From the IMG/VR virus record IMGVR_UViG_3300012933_000180, positions 1-58,867 of that record: 58,867 nucleotides of DNA. The stretch is one strand, 5' to 3'. This document shows, piece by piece, positions 16,321 to 26,087 of this stretch. Position 1 is the stretch's first letter. Each line of letters begins with the position of its first letter. The notes under the pieces are model-generated. The model saw only the letters and a program-made list of their open reading frames with translations. It was not told the origin of the DNA and made no database searches. The translations under genes and the position numbers were made by a program. The DNA is from a virus.

Positions 16321-19317
16321 ATGGACACACTCGAGTTCCTACGGCTGATATTGCCTGAGTATGGCAATCACTACATAGCCTTGTTCAAGGAGGGTAACAA
16401 GTTCCCGGCGCACCTGCCGGTGCTTAACCTCGAAGACATGGCCGACAAGATCGCGGAGATTTCCCGACGAGCCAACTATCAGGTCTACCACGCTTGCGCT
16501 TCGTACAAGATGCCTTTCGTGGAGATCGACCAACCAGACGGCACGACCAAAAAGAAATACCGTGTACCTGAGAACTGGGATCGCGCTCGCGCATTCTGGT
16601 TAGACATCGACTGCGGTGAAGAGAAAGCCGCCAAGGGTGATGGATACCCCACACAGAAAGATGCAGCCAAGGCTGTGTTCAAGTTTGCTGACACGATTGG
16701 CTGGCCTCGACCAATGCTCGTCAGTTCCGGCTACGGCGTACACGCCTACTGGCCACTGACCAAGGACATCAAATCTGAGACGTGGGTGAAGATCGCCACG
16801 GCCCTGAAATCAACGCTGGCCCACGAAGGTGTGCTGGCCGACCCAACCCGTACTGCTGACTTTGCTTCTATCCTACGACCCGTGGGTGCAGCGAACCGCA
16901 AGAACGGCGGCGAGAAGTCAGTGCGTGTCTTAGCACCATGCGAACCCTTTGACCCAGCGGAACTGGCAGCTAGTCTGTCAGCATACGTTAAGGCCAACGG
17001 CGTCAAGATGGTGAAGGAGAAAACTCACAAGCCCCGCAGCGCACTGATGGCCGAGGCCATGTCCGGCCTTGACTACCCACAAGTGGACAACTCCATTGAC
17101 CTGATCGCATCCAAGTGCGAGCAAGTTGCTCAGATGAAACGTACCCTCGGCGACGTGGGCTACGAGGTCTGGCGCGGCATCAACGGTTTGGCCAAGCATT
17201 GCGTGGACGGCGAAGCCATGATGGAAGCATGGAACGAGCGCCGCCTCGACAACCACGACCAAGACGACTGGCGCGTACGATACGACACATGGTCTATGGG
17301 CCCAACAACATGCGAGTTCTTTGAGGCTAGCAACTGCGACGGCTGTACCGGCTGTGAGCACAAGGGCAACATCAAGTCGCCTATCGTTCTAGGACGCATC
17401 ATCCCGATCACAGTGGAGAAGGAAGTCGAAGTCACCAACGAGGACGCACCGCAAGCTGCTCCCGTGGCGGTAACAATTCCAGCTCTGCCTACTGGGTACA
17501 TGTGGGACGGCCAGCTAATGAGCCGCCTCATTCCAGACAAAGACGGTGTGCTGCACCCTATGGCGTTCTCCACTGAACTGTTCTACCTGACAAGCCGTAT
17601 TCGCGGTGAGGATGGTACGTACCGCCACGGTGTGCGTATGCACATGAACAACAACCGTATCCGTGAGTTCGAGATCACCGGTGAGGCACTGGCATCCAAC
17701 GCTGACTTGATGCGCGCCATGGCCAAGCACGAACTCCACGTGAGCAACCACAAGGACGCAGCAAATCATATGGCCGCATACCTACGAGATCAGCTTCGCG
17801 CACTCAAATCCCAAGTGGACGAGGTTCGCACACTGTCAGCCTACGGCTGGAAGGGCAAGGACTTCTTACTAGGGAATACCCTGTACTGCAACGACGGCAC
17901 TGAGCGCGAGGTTCTGCTCGGTGCTAACGCCAAGAGCATGCTGGCTAGCTTGTCCCCATCCGGGACTGCCAAACTCAGCGAGTACGCTGCGGGCATCGAC
18001 TACCTGTACAACCGCAAGGACGCTGTCCACATGCAGTACACACTGCTGGCTGGCTGGAGTTCTATCCTTACCCCTATGGCTGACTCGCTGTACAAGGGCA
18101 TGGTGTTCGCGTTGCACGGCGGCAAGACTGGTCGCGGCAAGACCACTGTGTGTCATGCGTCGCTGTATGCGTTCGGTCGCCCAGACAAGCTCGCTATCGG
18201 CGGCAAAGACGGGTATACCAACAACGGCCTGTGGGGTGTAGTCGGTACGCTGAACAACATCCCTGCCATGGTAGACGAGCTGTCAAACGTCGACCCCCGT
18301 GATATGAGCGCCCTGTCTTACGGTGTCAGCAATGGCCGTGAGAAAGTACGTATGCAGACCCGCAACGGCCAAGTCCAGTTCGCCAATTCCGGCGAGTGGG
18401 GCATGAACGTGTTCGTCACTGGTAACAACGACTTCCATGGTGTTCTGGCATCTGGCCAAGCCAACTCGCAAGCCGAGGCGGTGCGCCTGATTCAGATCGA
18501 GGTGGACAGTTTCCCAAGCCTTACCCCCGAGAGCGAGCGTGACAAAGAGTCACCTGCGGCTGCCGAGGAAATGCGTTTGGCCCGTATCGCCACGAACAAG
18601 GTCGAGGACAACTGCTGCTTGGCCGGTATCGAGATGGTTCGCTACGTGACCAAGAATTACGATGCAGTCAAAGCCGACGTGGATGCCACGCTGCAAGACT
18701 TGAGCACCAAGATTCCGGGCACCGAGTATCGTTTCTACCGTAACCACACAGCCTGCACACTGGCAATCGGACGTGTGGCCAAGAAGCTGGGCATCATCGA
18801 CTTTGACTTGGTCGCCATGGAGCAGTTCATCATCGACTTGCTGCACGGTTTGACTTCACGAGTCATGCAGACTAACAGCATCTCTGACGACGACATGCTT
18901 GGCCAACTGGTTAACTCGTTGATGTCCCGTATCCTCGTGACCAATGAGATGCGCGACAAGCGCGATGGCCGTGGCCCTGAAACTCCACGCAACCGAATCA
19001 TTGGCGAGGTGGCTGGCCGCTACGTGCTGGGTACCCAGAAGGACAAAACCCATGCTGGGCATCTGATGCTTGCGCAGAAGGAAGTCCGCGACTGGTGTAT
19101 CAAGAACCGTACGGACTACAACGCGTTGATGGCGTATCTAACCAAAGAGGGTGTGCTGCTGAACAAGAGCGAGAAGGTTACCTTGACCAAGGGTACGGAC
19201 TTCCCTTACATGCAGCACCGTTGTATCGTCATCGACTTGTCCAAAGCCGAACATTCTGTCGCACCAACACTTACTTTAGTTGGAGTTGTTGACGACCAAG
19301 AGGAACAGAGTGCATAA
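16321..19317 (+). CDS. Primase-polymerase / superfamily-3-like helicase fusion (998 aa from ATG 16321)
   Basis: N-terminal prim-pol-like YHACASY...FWLDIDCGEEK...GYGVHAYW. Cys cluster CEFFEASNCDGCTGCEHKG. Walker A HGGKTGRGKT, Walker B MVDELSN. The track ORF begins 45 nt upstream, inside the preceding gene. Confidence 0.85.
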   Translation: MDTLEFLRLILPEYGNHYIALFKEGNKFPAHLPVLNLEDMADKIAEISRRANYQVYHACASYKMPFVEIDQPDGTTKKKYRVPENWDRARAFWLDIDCGEEKAAKGDGYPTQKDAAKAVFKFADTIGWPRPMLVSSGYGVHAYWPLTKDIKSETWVKIATALKSTLAHEGVLADPTRTADFASILRPVGAANRKNGGEKSVRVLAPCEPFDPAELAASLSAYVKANGVKMVKEKTHKPRSALMAEAMSGLDYPQVDNSIDLIASKCEQVAQMKRTLGDVGYEVWRGINGLAKHCVDGEAMMEAWNERRLDNHDQDDWRVRYDTWSMGPTTCEFFEASNCDGCTGCEHKGNIKSPIVLGRIIPITVEKEVEVTNEDAPQAAPVAVTIPALPTGYMWDGQLMSRLIPDKDGVLHPMAFSTELFYLTSRIRGEDGTYRHGVRMHMNNNRIREFEITGEALASNADLMRAMAKHELHVSNHKDAANHMAAYLRDQLRALKSQVDEVRTLSAYGWKGKDFLLGNTLYCNDGTEREVLLGANAKSMLASLSPSGTAKLSEYAAGIDYLYNRKDAVHMQYTLLAGWSSILTPMADSLYKGMVFALHGGKTGRGKTTVCHASLYAFGRPDKLAIGGKDGYTNNGLWGVVGTLNNIPAMVDELSNVDPRDMSALSYGVSNGREKVRMQTRNGQVQFANSGEWGMNVFVTGNNDFHGVLASGQANSQAEAVRLIQIEVDSFPSLTPESERDKESPAAAEEMRLARIATNKVEDNCCLAGIEMVRYVTKNYDAVKADVDATLQDLSTKIPGTEYRFYRNHTACTLAIGRVAKKLGIIDFDLVAMEQFIIDLLHGLTSRVMQTNSISDDDMLGQLVNSLMSRILVTNEMRDKRDGRGPETPRNRIIGEVAGRYVLGTQKDKTHAGHLMLAQKEVRDWCIKNRTDYNALMAYLTKEGVLLNKSEKVTLTKGTDFPYMQHRCIVIDLSKAEHSVAPTLTLVGVVDDQEEQSA

Positions 19318-19368
19318 TCCACCGTGAGGGTGACCTCATGATTGTTTCTCCTTGAAGTTGGGTTGAAG

Positions 19369-19399
19369 CCCCCCGGCCGCAAAGCTGGGGGGTTTTTTT
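19369..19399 (+). terminator. Rho-independent terminator at the convergence point of both arms
   Basis: CCCCCCGGC-cgcaaa-GCTGGGGGG (9 bp, one G-U) followed by T7. On the minus strand the same hairpin directly follows the stop at 19398 but lacks a U-tract. Confidence 0.85.
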
Positions 19400-19649
19400 A
19401 TTTCTTCAAAGTGGCTTGGTTTGTCTTAGCGTTGTACTTGTACTCGCTAGGTGAACGCCCACTAGCTTTAGCTGCACGGTCTTTGGCTCTACCGTCGTTG
19501 CCTAACGCTTGACGCGCTTCACCCTTTGCGGTGAGTTTGCCGTCTTTCAAATCCCCACGTTTAGTCATTATGGCAATAGCCATACCTTTGGCGTTCTTGT
19601 TGCCTTGAGCGGCAAGCTGCCGAGTCAGTCGTGTTTCTAGTTTAGACAT
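19398..19649 (-). CDS. Small basic Lys/Ala/Gly-rich protein (83 aa)
   Basis: ATG 19649 in TAATG coupling with the upstream gene (the track ORF extends to 19661). MSKLETRLTRQLAAQGNKNAKG... Confidence 0.6.
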   Translation of the reverse strand: MSKLETRLTRQLAAQGNKNAKGMAIAIMTKRGDLKDGKLTAKGEARQALGNDGRAKDRAAKASGRSPSEYKYNAKTNQATLKK

Positions 19650-19903
19650 TAGCACTTCCAAGCGCGCAGTGATTTGTTGATGCGGCTGTTAGGGTCTTTG
19701 GCTGTCTTCTCGCTAGTCAGCTTTTTCTTCATGCCTTCCATACGAGCACAGAATGAGTCACGGCGCGGGCCACCCTCAGGTTGTGGAGCCTTCAAGCCGG
19801 GTTTGCCGGGGTTAGCCTTGTTGTAAGAAGCACGACCCTTGGCGTTTAAACCGCCACTCTCAGCCTTGCCTTCTTTGCGTGTCCATGCGGGCGTCTTAGC
19901 CAT
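19649..19903 (-). CDS. Small basic protein (84 aa)
   Basis: ORF track. MAKTPAWTRKEGKAESGGLNAKGRASYNKANPGKPGLKAP... Starts 1 nt after the giant gene. Confidence 0.65.
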   Translation of the reverse strand: MAKTPAWTRKEGKAESGGLNAKGRASYNKANPGKPGLKAPQPEGGPRRDSFCARMEGMKKKLTSEKTAKDPNSRINKSLRAWKC

Positions 19904-19904
19904 A

Positions 19905-22900
19905 TCAGTCTCCCATCATTCCAGTTACAAATTTCTTGGTGTCCTTGTTGTATTGAACACCGCCCACTGTTTGACGTTCGCGCTGACGCTGTTGCATTGG
20001 AGCTTCAGTCAAACTAGACATTGGCTTACGGGAGAACCCGGCTGCCGAACGGCTGTCTTGTAGCTTACGCCACTTATCACGAGCTTCCAGCATAGAGGTA
20101 GTGTCGCCTGACTTCTTAGCTTGGATGTACTCGTTCTTGATGGAGGTAGCCTTCTCCTCGAACGAAGTCTTAGCCTCGTACAAAGCGTTAGTCTTCATGC
20201 GGCGGATGGTGTCTTGGCTAATCGGCAGACCAATAGCCTTGGCAAAACTTTGCGCAGCGTTGATTTCGTCAGCAGACAGTAGCACGTCACCGTTCTTACG
20301 AGTCACACCTTCGTCAGCCTCTCGAATAGCCTTCATTACATCAGACAAGCCCTTTGGCAGCAGCTTCTCAATACCGCGATAGTATTCGCCACGCTTGATG
20401 TCACCCAAGCCGTCGCCAATCTTCATGGCCATACCTCCGGTAGCACCGGCCAGTACACCAAACCCCATCTCAGCAACACCCTTACGCGACAACTCCATGT
20501 CAGTAAATGGCAGGATAGACAACGCGTTGCCCATACCGATCTTGCCAGACAAGTCCAGACCCATGGCGGTAGGCGTTCCACGCATAATCACTTGAGCCAT
20601 GTCTTCGCCGTAGGCTTCAGCCAGCATGTTGTACGCCGCCAACTCCACATCGGTAGGCTTGTCGTCATCGCCGAAGGCGTCGCCCAGTGCGTTGAGCATG
20701 TAGGCAAAAGCCGCGAAGCCGGGCATACCAACCAAGCCAGCAAGCGCACCCGTGTGGGCAACAGTCAGAGCCAGCGCTTTGCGAGCAGCATGCTGGATTT
20801 CTGGGGTCTCACCTTTTACCGAGTTATGCACCAGCTTAGTCAACAACGTCAACTGGATAAGCTGGAACTTACGGAACTGCAAGGCCACCTTACCGGCGTT
20901 GGTGTTAAACGCACGTGGGGCGTTCAAGCGTGTGTAGTCGCCGTGCGTCTGGCTGATAACCTTACTGGCGTAGTCGATGGCTTCTTGTACGTTGCCGGTC
21001 TTGGCCAACTCCATGCGGTAAGCTGCCATGGCAGTGGACACACGGTTGATAGCTTCCATCTTCTGCGAAGCCGTACGCAGTACACGATCCACAACGTTGA
21101 TGCCACGGGCCGCCGCACTCTCACCAGCAACTTGGAACTTACCCAACTCGGTCTCCATACCGATGTCGATCTGCTGACGATCCACCAAAGTAGAAATCAT
21201 CTTGCGTACATCAGCGGGCACGTTGGCAAAGTCAAACTGCTCGTCAATGCGACTGTTCTTAATCAGGCCGCCAAGTTGCGAGTACGCCTTACCGAGGGCA
21301 GCAACCGACTTGAAGTAGTTGTGGCGACCGGCCATAAATGGAACCGACAGCAAGAATGGCTGTGTCAAGTTCTGGATGTAGTACGTCGGGCTAGTAGCCA
21401 GCATCCACAGAGACGTCATGCGAGCAGTCTTCTCCGCCCAAGTAGACGCGTCGTACGTCATGGACTGCATGTGGCGAGCCCAGATTTCATTGAACAAGTC
21501 AGACTTGGCCGCTTGGTCACCGCCTTCACGAACCTGCTTGCGCATCTCGTTGAACGCATCCATGGTCTGTGAGTTGTACTTGGCAGCAGCCAAGAACTGA
21601 GCATCGGCTCGGCCTTGCGTGGCAAACGAGCGCAGCATGTCGATCTCACCAGCAACACCCTTACGGCGCATCTCTGACTTGCGTGAGCTAGCATCGGCCA
21701 ACGCAGCAAGGTACAGGTCAGACACCAACTCACGAGTCTTAACTAGAGCGGCGCGCTCGTCGCCACTGGGGTAGTTGTTCAGCTCAGAGTCCACAGTAGC
21801 GCGGAGCTTGTTGAACGCTGACAGCAGGCCACCGGCCATGTCATTCTTCGCGTCCTCTTTTGCACGGTACTCGACCTCACCACCCTTGAACTGAGCAGCC
21901 AACTGGTCACGCAGCTCGATAGCCGACATACGGCTCTCAGCAAAGCTGACGTGGTACTCGTTGGGGTCGTTCTGCATCTTGGCCTGCTCCGCAGGAGACG
22001 CAGCCATGTACTTGGCAGACTTGGCCACCACCACAAAATCACCGAAGCGACGCAGTGGAGCGTATGGCAAGAACTCGTTAGACGAGAACAAACGTGTGTA
22101 CTCTTTGAGTTGAGCAGCCTTGGCCTTGTTGAGCTTGTCGACTTTACCTTGGTCACCCTTGTCCTGAGCATGCTTGATAAGCGCGTCGTACTCAGAGTTG
22201 GTAGCTTCGATCAGCGTGGCCTTCTTATTGGCCAGCATGGAGTCGCCATGCTTGAACACTTCACGAATCCACTCTTGAGATTCCTCGGACAGTCGGTTGA
22301 AGCGCTGCTCCATCACTGGATCAGGTGCGACTTTTGTCGCGGTAGCTGCGCGCCAGTCAGGGCTGAAACCCCACTTGGCTTCGCGTGTCATGTCATACAC
22401 AAAACGGTTTGCGCTGGCAGCACCAGTACCACGGTCAGCATCAGGGATGCGGTTGTACAAGCTGGCGATACGCTCGACCTCGCGCTCCTCACGACCCACC
22501 ATGGCAGCTCGCTCACGGTAGATTTTGAGAATCTTGCTGGCGGACTTAATACCTTGCTTGACTGCACGGGACAGCAAGTCCTCGGTGAACACCACAGTGT
22601 TCAGTGCTTTGTCAGCCGTGGCAGACACGGCCTCAGTCAGCAGCTTAGCCGCAGGTGAGTTTAGGAGGGTTTCTTTATTCCCTTGGGCAGTTCCACCCCC
22701 TGAGCGGATTTGGCGAACATCTCCGCCAGCTTGGGGTTTGGTCGAAACTTGTCCTGACTTAGCACTTTGTTTTTTGGCATAGTCTGTTTGTTTAACTTCT
22801 GCATGTACCTTCTCCATGAACGCCGCAGCTTGCGGCAAGTTGTTTTCCTTGAGGAACTTCATGCCTGCGTCAGAGGCAGTGAACGCCCACAACTGCGCAA

Positions 22901-25900
22901 ACAGTTCTTCGCGGACACGGTCAGCCGTCATACCCTCGTTGTCTTCCAACGGGTAGAACATCAGCTCAGCCAATGGTGACTCAGGGTCTGCTTTAACGTG
23001 AGCCAACAACTCAGCCACGATGTCGCCCTTAGGCATGGCAGAAACTGTGCCATTCTTGAACTTCAAGTTGAACTGAGGCTCGCCGGAGTATAGGCCGCCG
23101 TTTTCCAAGCCCTCGATGGCGTGGCCGATTTCGTGCAGCGTAGCAATAGTGGCATCGTACTCAGAAGCCAGAGCGTCAGCGCTAAACACGATTGCGCGTT
23201 CACCATCAATGGTGGTGTAGATAGCGTCCCAAGCCACAGGGTCGTTCGTTACATACCAAGCGTCGATAGCCTTCACAGTGTGAGACAGACCGGACTTGTG
23301 CAAAACCGCCACAGCTTTGACCACACCTTTGTGATCGAGCAAGTCTTGGAGCGTAGTCTCTTCGGCGGCAAAGTTGTTGCCTTCACCATCACGCATCGGG
23401 ATGGCCGAGCGCTTCTCGTAGATGTCGCCTGTCAGCTCTTTGGTGACGTTAGTGTCTTCGACTTCCTCGGCTTGGTCGATACCGAAGTCTTCTACCTTGG
23501 CTTCCTTAGATGCTCTGGTTTGCTTAGCTTCAACCTTCTTCAGCGTTACTTGTAGCTTGGCTTCTTGCTCCACAATAAGTTTGGCAAGTCGTGTTTCCAA
23601 GGATGGGTCTTCCTCGACCATGGCTTTCAACGCATCAATAGCGTCTAAGATTCCTATGATTGAGTTGTTCTGAGCTTCAGTAGCTGCGTTGGCAGTATCG
23701 CCAATACCGGCCTTGGCGTTACCTTGTTTCCACAAAGTAGACTGGTCATCGCCATACCCAAGGGTGCCGCTTTCTGAAGCATCAACACCAAGCTCGCGCA
23801 GCTTAGCCGCAACCTCAGCCGGAATTTCTTCCCCTGTGGTAGATACCTTTTTCTTGGAAAAGTCCGCTACTTCAAGCAGTGACCGCGCTTGTGCAGGGCT
23901 CATACCCATTTCAACAGCAGCAGCCACCAGCTCGGTAGTGCTTCCGATACTACGTACTGTTTTAGCTGTAATGCCGTACTGAGCTCCAATTTCATCAGCC
24001 ACTTTGCCAGTCAGACCGTATGGAGCATTTTTCATCGCCGCCAAATACTGATTGGCAATCTTAATGTCACGTTCAGGGTTCGTGCTAGTAGCAAAGCGAC
24101 GTTTCATCACGGCTTCGACGGCTGCTTGACTTTGTTCGTCGTTAAGCATCTCTACATCAGACAGCAGTGACGTACCTTGCTGACCTTGAGTATCACCCTC
24201 GGACTTAAGGAGTTCTTGAGACTCGGCAGTGTTGCCAGTCAACTCACCCAAGGCCAGCTGGTCTTCCAACGAAAGGTTGGATACACGCTCCGCAGGGATG
24301 CCTTCTTGAACGGCAGTGTCCTCTGTGGTTTCTGGGGCCACGTATGCAGTTCCCTGCTGTGGTTGATTAAACACCACGCGGCGCTTGCGCGTTACAACGG
24401 GAGCTTGTTGGTTGGCACCAGTTCCGAGAAGTGAAACTTCTGGGCCACTTGATGGAGCGATGGGGGCAACTCCACCCACTCCCCCAACTCCTTGGGCGAC
24501 ATTAGCATTTGATCCAGTAGGAGCCACGCCTCCTGATACGACACCGCCCCCAACATCCACGCTTGGTGCAACTCCGGTGTCAGTGGGAACTGTTGTGCCG
24601 ACATTTTGTTGATCCTTAGGTACGCGGTACGCCTTGCCTACTTTGGCAACACGCTGCTTTTCTTGGAAGTCTGCTTCGATCTGAGCCAGAGTTTTCTCTA
24701 CGGCTCCATAACGGTTCTTCTTCAGCTCAGCGGCCACCTCACCCAACTGGGCGGGGGTAAGCAATTCATTACCCACAAGGTCGACAGCCTTGGTGAACAG
24801 GTCGATGCGTTGCTGGATTGGCGTACCTTTCTTGGACGTCAATTTCAGCTTGTACTTTTCGGCAGCTTGGGTCAACTCATCAGCAATGTCGCCGGTAGTA
24901 GTCTGGGCCGCAGTCTCGGCTTGCGTAGCAGCAGGAGGCACGTACCCGGGGTATCGGGCTTTAAGTGTGTCTTCTGGGGTAAGCGCGGCAGTTCCGTCTG
25001 ACGTGACGTTGATAGCCTCTGAGGAAGGGCGAACCGATCCATCAGGGTAGGTAATCATGTTGCCAGCCATGGGGTCGTACCCAATACCCAGCAATGGTGG
25101 GCGCTGTACTAACTGGTCATCCGCAGTGGGGTTAGCCCCGCCGAGCAAGTTGACCGTATGCGAACGGTTGTTCAGGTAAGCAACACCGCCACCACCAATG
25201 CCGCCGAGAGCGCCACCCATCAGGGCAGAGCCAAACACGCCTTTGCTGCGGTCAATCGTGGGGTCGTACTGGTGCGCAGCAATGTTGGCCGAAGCCTTAG
25301 TCGCACCTTCTTCACCGAACTCACTGGCAAATTCTTTGGCAGCCAGCTTGCGGATACCCTGCTTACCAGCACCAGCCATAACGGCTTCCATACCAGTACC
25401 GCCAGTGATTGCGCCGATCAGCGCTGGAACCACGGACGCATCACGTGCAGCAGCACGGGCAAGCATTTCCTTTTGTTCCTGTGGAACATTGGGGCTAGCC
25501 ATGACTTGGGCGTAGGCATCAGCCGCAGCATCACCGCCGCCAGCAGCACCGCTCATAGCAGCACCAGCACCACGGCCAGCCCATGTAGAACCCTTAGCGC
25601 CAAGGCCCGCCAGCTCAGCAGCACCAACAGCAGTCTTAACGCCACGACCGATAGGGCCGACGTTACCGACAATCTTGGCAGCAGTCTGGATAGGGGAGGT
25701 GACGATGTACTTACCAACACCCTTGGCAGCTTCCCAGCCACCCTCGTCGATGGCTTGATTCAGCTCACCTTCAGATTGCTTGACGATGTCACTTTGGTTT
25801 TGCTCACCCTCAGTGATGATGGATTGCAGACCGCGAGACAGTGGGTTATCCACGGACACGAAGTCGCTCATGGATTTGGCCAAGCCTAAGCCAGAGTTAA

Positions 25901-26066
25901 CCGCCGTGATGACGGTGTCATTGGCTACCGCAAACGGGTTGCGGGTTTTAGGTGCTGTCTTAGCCTTTGGCCCGGCTTCGATTTCATCCCACACACTACG
26001 CGTGGAGGTGTCCGCTTTAGGCAAGCTAGGTTTGCCAGATTCAATCTCATCCCAAATGCTTGCCAT
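19905..26066 (-). CDS. Giant internal virion/ejection protein with PLxRFG motif (2053 aa)
   Basis: Uninterrupted 6.2-kb ORF. PLRRFG at nt 22041..22058. HEIGH at 23121..23135. Gly/Ala-rich hydrophobic N-terminal third. Several TM-like stretches in the C-terminal quarter. Last large gene of the virion arm. Confidence 0.85.
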   Translation of the reverse strand: MASIWDEIESGKPSLPKADTSTRSVWDEIEAGPKAKTAPKTRNPFAVANDTVITAVNSGLGLAKSMSDFVSVDNPLSRGLQSIITEGEQNQSDIVKQSEGELNQAIDEGGWEAAKGVGKYIVTSPIQTAAKIVGNVGPIGRGVKTAVGAAELAGLGAKGSTWAGRGAGAAMSGAAGGGDAAADAYAQVMASPNVPQEQKEMLARAAARDASVVPALIGAITGGTGMEAVMAGAGKQGIRKLAAKEFASEFGEEGATKASANIAAHQYDPTIDRSKGVFGSALMGGALGGIGGGGVAYLNNRSHTVNLLGGANPTADDQLVQRPPLLGIGYDPMAGNMITYPDGSVRPSSEAINVTSDGTAALTPEDTLKARYPGYVPPAATQAETAAQTTTGDIADELTQAAEKYKLKLTSKKGTPIQQRIDLFTKAVDLVGNELLTPAQLGEVAAELKKNRYGAVEKTLAQIEADFQEKQRVAKVGKAYRVPKDQQNVGTTVPTDTGVAPSVDVGGGVVSGGVAPTGSNANVAQGVGGVGGVAPIAPSSGPEVSLLGTGANQQAPVVTRKRRVVFNQPQQGTAYVAPETTEDTAVQEGIPAERVSNLSLEDQLALGELTGNTAESQELLKSEGDTQGQQGTSLLSDVEMLNDEQSQAAVEAVMKRRFATSTNPERDIKIANQYLAAMKNAPYGLTGKVADEIGAQYGITAKTVRSIGSTTELVAAAVEMGMSPAQARSLLEVADFSKKKVSTTGEEIPAEVAAKLRELGVDASESGTLGYGDDQSTLWKQGNAKAGIGDTANAATEAQNNSIIGILDAIDALKAMVEEDPSLETRLAKLIVEQEAKLQVTLKKVEAKQTRASKEAKVEDFGIDQAEEVEDTNVTKELTGDIYEKRSAIPMRDGEGNNFAAEETTLQDLLDHKGVVKAVAVLHKSGLSHTVKAIDAWYVTNDPVAWDAIYTTIDGERAIVFSADALASEYDATIATLHEIGHAIEGLENGGLYSGEPQFNLKFKNGTVSAMPKGDIVAELLAHVKADPESPLAELMFYPLEDNEGMTADRVREELFAQLWAFTASDAGMKFLKENNLPQAAAFMEKVHAEVKQTDYAKKQSAKSGQVSTKPQAGGDVRQIRSGGGTAQGNKETLLNSPAAKLLTEAVSATADKALNTVVFTEDLLSRAVKQGIKSASKILKIYRERAAMVGREEREVERIASLYNRIPDADRGTGAASANRFVYDMTREAKWGFSPDWRAATATKVAPDPVMEQRFNRLSEESQEWIREVFKHGDSMLANKKATLIEATNSEYDALIKHAQDKGDQGKVDKLNKAKAAQLKEYTRLFSSNEFLPYAPLRRFGDFVVVAKSAKYMAASPAEQAKMQNDPNEYHVSFAESRMSAIELRDQLAAQFKGGEVEYRAKEDAKNDMAGGLLSAFNKLRATVDSELNNYPSGDERAALVKTRELVSDLYLAALADASSRKSEMRRKGVAGEIDMLRSFATQGRADAQFLAAAKYNSQTMDAFNEMRKQVREGGDQAAKSDLFNEIWARHMQSMTYDASTWAEKTARMTSLWMLATSPTYYIQNLTQPFLLSVPFMAGRHNYFKSVAALGKAYSQLGGLIKNSRIDEQFDFANVPADVRKMISTLVDRQQIDIGMETELGKFQVAGESAAARGINVVDRVLRTASQKMEAINRVSTAMAAYRMELAKTGNVQEAIDYASKVISQTHGDYTRLNAPRAFNTNAGKVALQFRKFQLIQLTLLTKLVHNSVKGETPEIQHAARKALALTVAHTGALAGLVGMPGFAAFAYMLNALGDAFGDDDKPTDVELAAYNMLAEAYGEDMAQVIMRGTPTAMGLDLSGKIGMGNALSILPFTDMELSRKGVAEMGFGVLAGATGGMAMKIGDGLGDIKRGEYYRGIEKLLPKGLSDVMKAIREADEGVTRKNGDVLLSADEINAAQSFAKAIGLPISQDTIRRMKTNALYEAKTSFEEKATSIKNEYIQAKKSGDTTSMLEARDKWRKLQDSRSAAGFSRKPMSSLTEAPMQQRQRERQTVGGVQYNKDTKKFVTGMMGD

Positions 26067-26087
26067 AAAGGGCCTTTTACAGTGACG

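Noticed and set aside
20592-22658. Long plus-strand ORFs (326 aa at 20592..21572, 235 aa at 21951..22658, and also 243 aa at 25158..25889) antisense to the giant gene
   Set aside because: They lie entirely inside the uninterrupted 6.2-kb minus-strand ORF, which carries recognisable motifs (HEIGH, PLRRFG, TM segments). Their translations are low-complexity and Arg/Leu/Val/His-rich with no RBS. This is typical of mirror-frame artefacts in GC-rich coding DNA.
19905-26066. The giant protein as an N4-like virion RNA polymerase
   Set aside because: I could not find T7-like single-subunit RNAP motifs. The protein instead has a PLxRFG motif, Gly-zipper/TM segments and a zincin motif. It is kept only as an ejection protein with a possible HTH segment.
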